Shown: positions 39,043 to 47,499 of the stretch, in pieces
How positions within the stretch are numbered: the stretch's first letter is position 1
How the letters are laid out: each line of letters begins with the position of its first letter
DNA from: a virus
Reading direction: 5' to 3' (one strand)
IMG/VR virus record: IMGVR_UViG_3300028394_000035
DNA length: 64,000 nt
Translations under genes and position numbers: made by a program
Notes under the pieces: generated by a model
Seen by the model: the letters and a program-made list of their open reading frames with translations, nothing else
Database searches by the model: none
Told to the model about the DNA's origin: nothing

Positions 39043-39093
39043 ATTGTGGTAAAATAGATAAATAAAATAGGAACATTTCACCTAGAGGTTATT

Positions 39094-39279
39094 ATGTCAG
39101 TCGCAATCGTATGGGCATGGGTATCAGCTAATCAAGCACTTTTAGCAACTGTATTATTTGCAGTTTCGGAAGCACTTGGAGCAAATCCAAAAGTCAAGGC
39201 TAACGGTATTCTTTCACTTATCATTATTCAGGCACAAAATGCTTTGAAAGCAAAAGGCGCAAAAGACATTACTCCTTGA
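39094..39279 (+). CDS. small membrane protein (holin candidate)
   Basis: 61 aa with two hydrophobic segments and a basic tail; GAGG RBS and GATAAATA upstream. Confidence 0.6.
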   Translation: MSVAIVWAWVSANQALLATVLFAVSEALGANPKVKANGILSLIIIQAQNALKAKGAKDITP

Positions 39280-39313
39280 GAGTAATTATAAAAAAACTCA
39301 ATTTATTAAATTA

Positions 39314-39339
39314 TAGTGAATTTTTCAAAAAATTCACTA
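39314..39339. repeat. perfect AT-rich inverted repeat
   Basis: TAGTGAATTTTT-CA-AAAAATTCACTA. Confidence 0.8.
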
Positions 39340-39357
39340 AATATAAAATAGATTTAC

Positions 39358-39384
39358 TGGGGAGTAAATAACTCCCCATTTTTT
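39358..39384 (+). terminator. rho-independent terminator
   Basis: TGGGGAGT-AAATA-ACTCCCCA plus T6. Confidence 0.85.
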
Positions 39385-39391
39385 ATAAATA
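39384..39391 (+). promoter_or_regulatory. T4-type late promoter (TATAAATA)
   Basis: Exact consensus upstream of the 39420 ORF. Confidence 0.85.
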
Positions 39392-39419
39392 CTTTTAGGA
39401 AAACTTACGGAAGAAAAGA

Positions 39420-40454
39420 ATGGCACTCTGGGGCATTTCAACAACAACCGAAACTGCGGCAAATAATTATAACATTCCAAAGTTTATGCACATCGTTGAC
39501 AAAAACATTACAGGGCATAATGTTTTTGCTGATGGTCGAGGATGGATACACAGACACTACAAGAGTTCTGAAAACTCTGGAATTAGCACCAGGTATTATG
39601 ATGAGGTTTTAGTTCCTGTTGCTGGTCTGAATACTGCTGGTAGTGGTTCTAATAGTACAGGACACGGAAATTCTACTCCAGTAGCAGTTTTCTTCGAAGA
39701 TCCAAACAAGGCATCACCAATCTCTGTTGGTGGTGGCGGAACTACCGGTATTGCTACTAATACTACTGGATATGTTCATCTTGTTTATAATGAACTGGTT
39801 TATGTTTCTGCCGGAGCAACAGTTAGAATTCGTACCTTTGATGCTAATAATGCAAATGAAAGCACTGCAATTGTTGGGACAGCAGCATCAGTTACACCTG
39901 GAGCACCAGTTGTTAATTATGTAAATGTCAATGGATTGACTGTTTTTACAAATTATAACGGACAGATTACAAATAGAGTAGCATTTGCCTTTACTTCACC
40001 AAGTACTGTTTTGACTGCAAACGTTCCATTCACAACATCAGTAACTACGACAGGACAAACTGTTGCGATTGGTGGAACTAATATCTTTGTTGACTCAGTA
40101 ACGGGTGTTTCTATTGGAAGTTCACTTACAGTAGCAGGTAAACTTACAAATGTTTCTGTTGTTGCTGTTGGAACTACTTCTGTTCAAATTGGAACTGCAA
40201 GTACAATTTCTTCAACAATTACTGCAGGACTTGGAGTTACATTTAGCACAAGAACAAATGCTACAAAGTTGTTTATTGATATGAGTAGAGGATTTATTGG
40301 TGTTGGTACTGATGGTGCAACTGGCGTTGGTATCATTAGCTCCTTTACTTCTGACATCATTCGTCAAATAGGCGGTGCTGGAACTTATCTTTCTTTACAA
40401 AAAGATGGAGTAACTGCCGTTGGACTTGGAACAACTACATTAACAGTTAGATAA
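39420..40454 (+). CDS. putative virion structural protein (MALWG-start type)
   Basis: Late promoter; Thr/Ser/Gly/Val-rich; MALWG start as seen in T4-like cyanophage proteins. Confidence 0.65.
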   Translation: MALWGISTTTETAANNYNIPKFMHIVDKNITGHNVFADGRGWIHRHYKSSENSGISTRYYDEVLVPVAGLNTAGSGSNSTGHGNSTPVAVFFEDPNKASPISVGGGGTTGIATNTTGYVHLVYNELVYVSAGATVRIRTFDANNANESTAIVGTAASVTPGAPVVNYVNVNGLTVFTNYNGQITNRVAFAFTSPSTVLTANVPFTTSVTTTGQTVAIGGTNIFVDSVTGVSIGSSLTVAGKLTNVSVVAVGTTSVQIGTASTISSTITAGLGVTFSTRTNATKLFIDMSRGFIGVGTDGATGVGIISSFTSDIIRQIGGAGTYLSLQKDGVTAVGLGTTTLTVR

Positions 40455-40462
40455 TATACAAT

Positions 40463-40834
40463 ATGAGATTTGATGAATTGAATGAAGAAAACTACATAAT
40501 CTTTGCGATTAAACATTATGAAAATCCACAAGCAATTACGCAAGAGGATTTTTTTGAAGATATGAAAAGATTTAAGTGGATTAAACGACTTCTAAACAAA
40601 TATAAAAATACCGGTGATTTAAATACTCATTTAATCATTAATCACTTTATGTCTCTTTATAATGTATTTGGAGAATCTACAACACCTTTATTGTTTTATA
40701 AAATTAATAAAGAACTTTGGGGTGTTTTAAAGACTTTTGTTTTATATCTTGGAAGACTTCCAGAATATCCAAAAACTACAATACACGATATACCAGTAGA
40801 CATAGAGTGTCTTAAGATTTTAAACTCAATCTAA
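40463..40834 (+). CDS. conserved T4-like hypothetical protein
   Basis: FDELNEENY..FAIKHYENP...RFKWIKRLL...HLIINH motif; typical position upstream of primase. Confidence 0.75.
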   Translation: MRFDELNEENYIIFAIKHYENPQAITQEDFFEDMKRFKWIKRLLNKYKNTGDLNTHLIINHFMSLYNVFGESTTPLLFYKINKELWGVLKTFVLYLGRLPEYPKTTIHDIPVDIECLKILNSI

Positions 40835-41046
40835 TGAAAGAAGAAGTTCTATTAAAGGTTATTAGTATTATTCGTAATCTTCGAGAAGACGGAATAATAT
40901 CCTCTGGTGCGCCAACAAATAATGCTTCAGGTGAAAATATTGCAGGTCTTCCTCCGGACAACCCACCAGTAGATTTAAGAAAAAAAAAATATAAAGGTAT
41001 TCCATTTTTTTACAAAAATATCTTTAGGAGAAAGAAAAATGTTTAA
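40834..41046 (+). CDS. small hypothetical protein
   Basis: 70 aa with LRE/D..PTNN..IAGL..PPV and a basic tail; coupled to both neighbours. Confidence 0.65.
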   Translation: MKEEVLLKVISIIRNLREDGIISSGAPTNNASGENIAGLPPDNPPVDLRKKKYKGIPFFYKNIFRRKKNV

Positions 41047-41518
41047 GCAAACTGGAGCATCAACTGATACTAAAGTTGCAGTTCTTGAAGAAAAAGTTTC
41101 TATCTATGAGCAAATGATGAAAAAGATTGAAGATGCAATATACGCAATTAGTGAAACAAGTCAAGGTATTTCTAAAATGCTTGCAATACACGAAGAAAGA
41201 CTAGAGCAAGGCATAAGATCTGACGAAGTAATCATTAAAATGATCGATGATCTTAAAAAAACAGTAGAAGCAGAAGATGTCGATTTGAGTGATCGTATTG
41301 ATGAAGTGATTGAAAGAGCACAAGAAAAAATAAATGAAATTGATAAAAAAGTAGAAGAAGTCAAAAAAGTCAAATGGATGGTGATTGGAATTGGCACTGC
41401 TATTGCGATTGTGGTAGCATCAGCAACATCATTAATGGGCGGTATATTGACACCTGATAATTTTGGATATAAGATAGAACAGAGAATAGTCCCAAATTCA
41501 GAAAACATTAAAAGATGA
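41039..41518 (+). CDS. coiled-coil protein with a C-terminal transmembrane helix
   Basis: Heptad pattern followed by WMVIGIGTAIAIVVASATSLMGG. Confidence 0.75.
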   Translation: MFKQTGASTDTKVAVLEEKVSIYEQMMKKIEDAIYAISETSQGISKMLAIHEERLEQGIRSDEVIIKMIDDLKKTVEAEDVDLSDRIDEVIERAQEKINEIDKKVEEVKKVKWMVIGIGTAIAIVVASATSLMGGILTPDNFGYKIEQRIVPNSENIKR

Positions 41519-42516
41519 GTTTTATTGATGAGAAATACATTTCGTTAGTTTCATCCAGGCTTCAAAAATTTACAAAGAAAAAATCAGGTTTATATAACTT
41601 CCGTTGTAATTATTGCGGAGACTCTGAAAAGCAAAAAAGTAAAGCAAGGGGATATTTATATCAAATCAAAAATGATTATAATTACAAATGCCACAATTGT
41701 GGTGCAACACGAACTCTTACAAACTTTTTAAAAGATTTAGATACTGTTCTTTATGATCAGTATGTAATGGAAAGATATAAGAATGGATTAACTGGAAAGA
41801 AATCAAATACACCAGAACCAGAATTTAAATTCGAAGCACCAATATTTAAAAAAAAAAGTTTCAATCTTCCAACTATCCTAGAACTAAATAAAGAACATTT
41901 AGCAAGAGTTTATTTAGAAAAAAGACAGATACCAGAAAAGTTTTTAAGTGAATTATATTACTGTGAAAATTTTAAAGAATGGACAAATACACAAAAAGAA
42001 ACTTTTAAATCGGTTCAATATGATGAACCAAGAATTATTATTCCTTTAATTAAGGATGGTGAAATTTTTGGTTATCAAGGTCGTAGTTTAAATAAATCAT
42101 CAAAAGTTAAATACATTACAATCATTCTTGATGATAGTCAACCCAAAATCTTTGGTTGGGATAATCTTGATTGGAAAAAAACAATTTATATTGTCGAAGG
42201 TCCTTTTGATAGTATGTTTTTGAATAATGCAATTGCGATGGTTGGTGCTGATATGGATTATATGTTTTTTATTCACCATTATGATGTTGAATTTGTATTT
42301 GTTTATGATAATGAAAAAAGAAATAAAGAAATGATAGCAAGAGTCGAAAAGACAATTGATATGAAATTTCCTGTGGTGATTTGGCCACAAGACTTGAAAT
42401 ATAAGGACATTAATGATATGATATTAGAAGGACTTGATGTAGAAAAAATCATAAAAGATAATACTTTTATGGGATTAGTAGCAAAAGCAAAACTTATTGG
42501 ATGGAAACGAGTATGA
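41515..42516 (+). CDS. gp61: DNA primase gp61
   Basis: Zinc finger RCNYCGDS...YKCHNC; TOPRIM VEGPFDS and YDNE. Confidence 0.97.
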   Translation: MSFIDEKYISLVSSRLQKFTKKKSGLYNFRCNYCGDSEKQKSKARGYLYQIKNDYNYKCHNCGATRTLTNFLKDLDTVLYDQYVMERYKNGLTGKKSNTPEPEFKFEAPIFKKKSFNLPTILELNKEHLARVYLEKRQIPEKFLSELYYCENFKEWTNTQKETFKSVQYDEPRIIIPLIKDGEIFGYQGRSLNKSSKVKYITIILDDSQPKIFGWDNLDWKKTIYIVEGPFDSMFLNNAIAMVGADMDYMFFIHHYDVEFVFVYDNEKRNKEMIARVEKTIDMKFPVVIWPQDLKYKDINDMILEGLDVEKIIKDNTFMGLVAKAKLIGWKRV

Positions 42517-44816
42517 GCAATGGAACAAAGGTTATTAAAAGAAGTGGAACTGCCGAAAGATTAGATTTGGATAAACTTCATATAATGGTAGAGGAAGCTT
42601 GCAAAGACCTCTCTGGGGTTTCTGCATCTCAAGTTGAGATACAGTCTGGCATTCAATTTTATGATGGGATTACAACAGCAGAAATACAAGAAATTTTAAT
42701 TCGTTCTGCATCAGATTTGATTGATTTGGAAACCCCAAACTATCAATATGTTGCTGCCAGACTTTTGTTATTTTCTGTTCGTAAATCTTTATATGGAAAA
42801 CTTCAAGAGCATCCAGACTTTTTTACCCATATTCAGTCTTGTGTAAATCTTGGAGTTTACGACTCTGAAATTTTATCATTATACACAGAAGAAGAAATTA
42901 ATCGTCTTGGTTCTTTTATCAAACATAGTCGCGATTATCTATTTACTTATGCCGGTCTTCGTCAGGTAGTTGATAAGTATTTGGTACAAGATCGTAGTTC
43001 TGGTGGAGTATACGAAACTCCGCAGTTTATGTATATGATGATTGCAGCAACAATCTTCTCTAAATATCCAAAAGAGATCCGTTTAGATTACATTCGTAAA
43101 TATTATAATGCAATCTCAAGACACCGAATCAACATTCCAACACCAATCATGGCAGGAGTGCGAACACCACTTCGTCAATTTGCATCTTGTGTTCTGGTTG
43201 ATGTTGATGACACCCTCGATAGTATCTTTAGCAGCGATATGGCTATTGGCAGGTATGTCTCACAAAGGGCTGGTATCGGCATTAACGCAGGCAGAATCAG
43301 GGGCATCAACAGCAAAATCAGAGGGGGAGAAGTTTCTCATACAGGTGTTATCCCATTCCTCAAAAAGTTTGAATCAACTGTTAGATGTTGTACACAAAAC
43401 GGGATTCGCGGTGGAAGTGCTACTGTCCACTTTCCAATCTGGCACCAAGAAATAGAAGACATTCTTGTTCTCAAAAATAACAAAGGAACAGAAGATAATC
43501 GTGTTCGTAAACTTGATTATTCAATTCAACTTAGTAAAATATTTTATGAAAGATTTATTCAAGATGGTGAAATTACGCTTTTCTCCCCGCACGATGTACC
43601 TGGATTATATGATTCTTTCGGAACAATTGAGTTTGATTCTCTCTACCTTGGATATGAAAATAACCCCAATGTTCCAAAGAAAACAATAAAGGCACAAGAA
43701 CTTATCCTCAATCTTCTTAAAGAAAGAGCAGAAACAGGTCGTATTTATATTATGAATATGGACCATTGTAATTTTCATAGTTCTTTTAAGGATCAGATTA
43801 CAATGTCAAATTTGTGTCAAGAAATAACTTTACCGGTTGTTCCACTTCAGCATATTGATGATGATGGACCAGAAGAAATAGCAACTTGTATTTTAAGCGC
43901 ATTAAATGTTGGTAAAATAAAATCAGATGAAGAACTTGAGGAACTTTGTGACCTTACAGTAAGAGCACTTGATGAACTGATTGATTATCAACACTACCCT
44001 GTAAAGGCAGCAGAGAACTTCACAAAGCGTCGTAGAGCTCTTGGTGTGGGATTTATAGGACTCGCACACTATCTTGCAAAACTGGGACTTGCTTATGACT
44101 CTCAAGGTGCTTGGGATGCTGTGCATGGTCTTTCTGAATCGTTTCAGTATTACTTGCTGAAAACATCAAACCAACTCGCAAAAGAAAAAGGACATTGTGA
44201 ATATTTTGGACGTACCAAATATTCTGATGGTATGCTTCCGATTGATACTTATAAAAAAGATGTAGATGAAATCTCCAATATTCCCTTTCAGCACGACTGG
44301 GAAGCACTAAGAGCATCTATTTTAGAGTATGGGTTGAGACATTCCACACTATCAGCACAGATGCCATCAGAGAGCAGTTCTGTCGTCTCTAATGCAACTA
44401 ATGGTATCGAACCTCCTCGTGGTTATCTGTCAGTCAAGCAATCCAAAAAGGGACCACTAAAACAGATTGTACCTCAATACCAAACTCTCAAAAATAATTA
44501 TACTTTACTTTGGGATATGAAATCTAATCGAGGATATATCAATATTGTTGCAGTAATGCAAAAGTTTTTTGATCAGGCAATATCAGGTAATTGGTCTTAT
44601 AATCCAGAGAATTATCCTGATAATGAAGTTCCTGTAAGTGTAATGGCAAATGATTTTCTCACCACATATAAACTAGGTTGGAAAACAAGTTATTACCAAA
44701 ATACTTATGATGGAAAGACGGATGATGCAAAAGACGAAAGAGTAAATACTATTGATGATTTAGTAAATGAAATTTTAAATTCAGGAGAAGATGACTGTGA
44801 AAGTTGCAAAATTTAG
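42513..44816 (+). CDS. nrdA: class Ia ribonucleotide reductase alpha subunit
   Basis: ATP cone VIKRSG, PTPIMAG, ASCVL, SNLCQEI, QMPSESSS, C-terminal CESCKI; no intein. Confidence 0.98.
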   Translation: MSNGTKVIKRSGTAERLDLDKLHIMVEEACKDLSGVSASQVEIQSGIQFYDGITTAEIQEILIRSASDLIDLETPNYQYVAARLLLFSVRKSLYGKLQEHPDFFTHIQSCVNLGVYDSEILSLYTEEEINRLGSFIKHSRDYLFTYAGLRQVVDKYLVQDRSSGGVYETPQFMYMMIAATIFSKYPKEIRLDYIRKYYNAISRHRINIPTPIMAGVRTPLRQFASCVLVDVDDTLDSIFSSDMAIGRYVSQRAGIGINAGRIRGINSKIRGGEVSHTGVIPFLKKFESTVRCCTQNGIRGGSATVHFPIWHQEIEDILVLKNNKGTEDNRVRKLDYSIQLSKIFYERFIQDGEITLFSPHDVPGLYDSFGTIEFDSLYLGYENNPNVPKKTIKAQELILNLLKERAETGRIYIMNMDHCNFHSSFKDQITMSNLCQEITLPVVPLQHIDDDGPEEIATCILSALNVGKIKSDEELEELCDLTVRALDELIDYQHYPVKAAENFTKRRRALGVGFIGLAHYLAKLGLAYDSQGAWDAVHGLSESFQYYLLKTSNQLAKEKGHCEYFGRTKYSDGMLPIDTYKKDVDEISNIPFQHDWEALRASILEYGLRHSTLSAQMPSESSSVVSNATNGIEPPRGYLSVKQSKKGPLKQIVPQYQTLKNNYTLLWDMKSNRGYINIVAVMQKFFDQAISGNWSYNPENYPDNEVPVSVMANDFLTTYKLGWKTSYYQNTYDGKTDDAKDERVNTIDDLVNEILNSGEDDCESCKI

Positions 44817-45981
44817 AGTTCACTCGCAAGAACCTACAATGCTAAAAGGAATGACCGTCTTTAATACTAATGACGTTGATTCCAAGAAACAACCAATGTT
44901 TTTTGGAAAACCACTTGGAATTCAAAGATATGACTCCTATAAGTATCCAATTTTTGATAAGTTAACTCAACAACAACTTGGTTTCTTTTGGAGGCCAGAA
45001 GAAATTTCTCTACAAAAAGATCGTGCAGATTACCAAACACTAAGACCAGAACAAAGGCATATCTTTACTTCAAATTTAAAGTATCAAATTATGCTTGATA
45101 GTGTTCAAGGTCGTGGTCCTGGAATGGCATTTACACCTTATTGTTCTCTTCCTGAACTTGAAGCATGTATGACTGTATGGGGATTTATGGAAATGATACA
45201 TTCTAGATCTTATACTTATATTATTAAGAATGTTTATCCAGATCCAGCAGAAGTTTTTGATACTATTCTAAATAATGAAAAGATATTAGAAAGAGCATCA
45301 TCAGTTACTGGTGCTTATGATGATTTTATAAATTCTGCACATTCCTATGGAACTTCTAATGATTGGGAGTTTGCAAATGAAGGTGTTCCTTATGGAACTG
45401 ATGCAAGACTTGAATTAAAACGAAAACTATATCGTGCAGTTGCTAATGTAAACATTTTAGAGGGGATTAGATTTTATGTCTCGTTTGCATGTTCTTTTGC
45501 GTTTGGGGAACTTAAACTCATGGAGGGATCTGCCAAAATTATCTCTCTTATCGCAAGAGATGAAAATCAGCATCTTGTCATCACTCAAAACATCCTCAAC
45601 AAATGGAATGACGGAGATGATCCAGAGATGCAGAAGATTGCTAAGGAGGAACAAGAATGGGTAAGAGGAGCATTCAAAAAGTGTGTAAATGAAGAAAAAC
45701 TATGGGCAGAATATTTGTTTAAAGATGGTTCTATGATTGGATTGAATGATAAACTACTTGGAAACTATGTTGAGTGGATTGCAAATCGTAGAATGAAAGC
45801 AGTTGGATTAAAACCTGAATATGATATTGCATCAAAGAACAATCCACTTCCTTGGACTGAACATTGGATTAATTCTAAATCAGTTCAAGTTGCACCCCAG
45901 GAAACGGAAATTTCTAGCTATTTGGTTGGTGGAATTAAACAAGATATGAAAAACGATAGTTTTACTGGATTTAAGTTATAG
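44791..45981 (+). CDS. nrdB: class Ia ribonucleotide reductase beta subunit
   Basis: FFWRPEEISL, LDSVQGR, EMIHSRSY, LEGIRFY, IARDENQH, VAPQETE. Confidence 0.98.
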   Translation: MTVKVAKFRVHSQEPTMLKGMTVFNTNDVDSKKQPMFFGKPLGIQRYDSYKYPIFDKLTQQQLGFFWRPEEISLQKDRADYQTLRPEQRHIFTSNLKYQIMLDSVQGRGPGMAFTPYCSLPELEACMTVWGFMEMIHSRSYTYIIKNVYPDPAEVFDTILNNEKILERASSVTGAYDDFINSAHSYGTSNDWEFANEGVPYGTDARLELKRKLYRAVANVNILEGIRFYVSFACSFAFGELKLMEGSAKIISLIARDENQHLVITQNILNKWNDGDDPEMQKIAKEEQEWVRGAFKKCVNEEKLWAEYLFKDGSMIGLNDKLLGNYVEWIANRRMKAVGLKPEYDIASKNNPLPWTEHWINSKSVQVAPQETEISSYLVGGIKQDMKNDSFTGFKL

Positions 45982-45986
45982 GATTT

Positions 45987-46009
45987 GGGGGCATATGCCC
46001 CCTTTTTTT
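45987..46009 (+). terminator. rho-independent terminator after nrdB
   Basis: GGGGGCATATGCCCCC palindrome plus T7. Confidence 0.85.
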
Positions 46010-46016
46010 ATAAATA
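46009..46016 (+). promoter_or_regulatory. T4-type late promoter (TATAAATA)
   Basis: Exact consensus upstream of the 46038 ORF. Confidence 0.85.
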
Positions 46017-46037
46017 AATAAAAACCGTAGAAATGAT

Positions 46038-47471
46038 ATGTCTAATTTTTACAAAAAAGAAAACATAAATGAAGGTTTGAGTTTTGAAATAAAACCGTCC
46101 AGAGGAATTGGAGCATTAACACCTGACGCAGCTCAACAACTAGGACCAAAAGCAGTTGAACTACAAAAGAAAAAAGCAGCAGAAGTAGATCTTCCTAACA
46201 AGTCGGGCGTTAAACTTGCAAATTCATATAAACCGAAAGGAAAAATAGTAAAAGAAGCACACTACAATCCTACGACTGGAAAAATTCAAGCAGAAAAACC
46301 ATCAGAAGAAGAAATTAATACGTTGGCAAAAAAAGCAGCAGCATCTGGACCAAAGAAAAGAAAACCAGTTGGTTCAGTTCGTAAAAATAGTGCGACCTTC
46401 AAACCATCATCACCAGAGCAAGCAAAGGCGGATATGAAAAGTTGGAATGATTATTGGAGTGGAAGTGAAACAATTGATGTAGGTGCTGATGCTGGTTCTA
46501 CTATTAGCGATTTCGTCCATTCAAAGAGCAAAACATTCAAGGGTGATAGTACGAAGCAAAGAATTAAGAGAGCACTTGGTGCTTATTATGGAGCACAGAA
46601 AGAAGAAATAGAAAATAGTTATGAGTGTGTGATAGAAGCACTTGTAGAATATGGATTTGCCGAAGATGCCGAAACTGCAAACGATATGATTATTGGATTA
46701 AGTGAAGGTTTTATTGGTATGATATTTGAAGAATATTTGGAAGAGAAAGCAAGAGGCACTAGACCAAAAACAACTGCACACGCATATGATATGGACGAAA
46801 CTTTGTTTGGTCACGACCATTCAAAGGTGAATGTCCACGTTCATAATGAAAAAGGAGAGAGAACTCAAAGTTTGAGTAATCAAGAATTCAATACTCATAA
46901 ACTTCCAAAGGGTCATTCTTATAACTTTGATGAGTTTAGAAGTTCAAAGGTTTTTGAAAAGTCAGCAAAACCTTTGAAAAAAATGATTAAGCATTTGAAT
47001 AAACAAAAAGCACGAGGATATGATACTCATATTGTAACGGCTCGTAGTGATATGGACGATCAACCTGCATTTGCAAAACATCTTTCTAAGTATGGTATTA
47101 ATATCAATCCAGGAGAAAACGGTAAAGGACATACTCACGTTCATCGTACAGGTAATCTTGAAGGTAGTGATGTTGGAGTAAAGAAGAAAGATACACTTCA
47201 AGGTTTATCACAAAAACACGGATATAAGAAAATTCATATGTATGATGATGCTGCAAAGGTCCATAAGGCGGTTCAAAACACACCAGGAGTTGAGGTCAAA
47301 ACTCATATGGTAAAACCAAGAGGGAAGTCAGGTGAAGTGCGACCACGGTCGTTTAGAGCAACCGAAACACAAAAAGAAGAATATTATATTGATTTTGGAA
47401 TTAATAATATACAAGAAGTGAAAGAAATAGACATTACGCCTTATGAATACTGGAAAGAAAATATAAGATAA
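46038..47471 (+). CDS. modular protein containing an internal HAD-superfamily phosphatase domain
   Basis: Motif I YDMDETLF, motif II IVTAR, Lys in VKKKD, motif IV MYDD, embedded between low-complexity modules. Confidence 0.75.
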   Translation: MSNFYKKENINEGLSFEIKPSRGIGALTPDAAQQLGPKAVELQKKKAAEVDLPNKSGVKLANSYKPKGKIVKEAHYNPTTGKIQAEKPSEEEINTLAKKAAASGPKKRKPVGSVRKNSATFKPSSPEQAKADMKSWNDYWSGSETIDVGADAGSTISDFVHSKSKTFKGDSTKQRIKRALGAYYGAQKEEIENSYECVIEALVEYGFAEDAETANDMIIGLSEGFIGMIFEEYLEEKARGTRPKTTAHAYDMDETLFGHDHSKVNVHVHNEKGERTQSLSNQEFNTHKLPKGHSYNFDEFRSSKVFEKSAKPLKKMIKHLNKQKARGYDTHIVTARSDMDDQPAFAKHLSKYGININPGENGKGHTHVHRTGNLEGSDVGVKKKDTLQGLSQKHGYKKIHMYDDAAKVHKAVQNTPGVEVKTHMVKPRGKSGEVRPRSFRATETQKEEYYIDFGINNIQEVKEIDITPYEYWKENIR

Positions 47472-47499
47472 ATAATAGAAAAAGTACTTTTTTAGTAAA

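Noticed and set aside
7835-45981. Inteins or group I introns in gp17, gp20, gp23, gp43, gp41, nrdA, nrdB
   Set aside because: All are continuous, of ordinary length, and lack intein C/S...HN motifs or ORF breaks.
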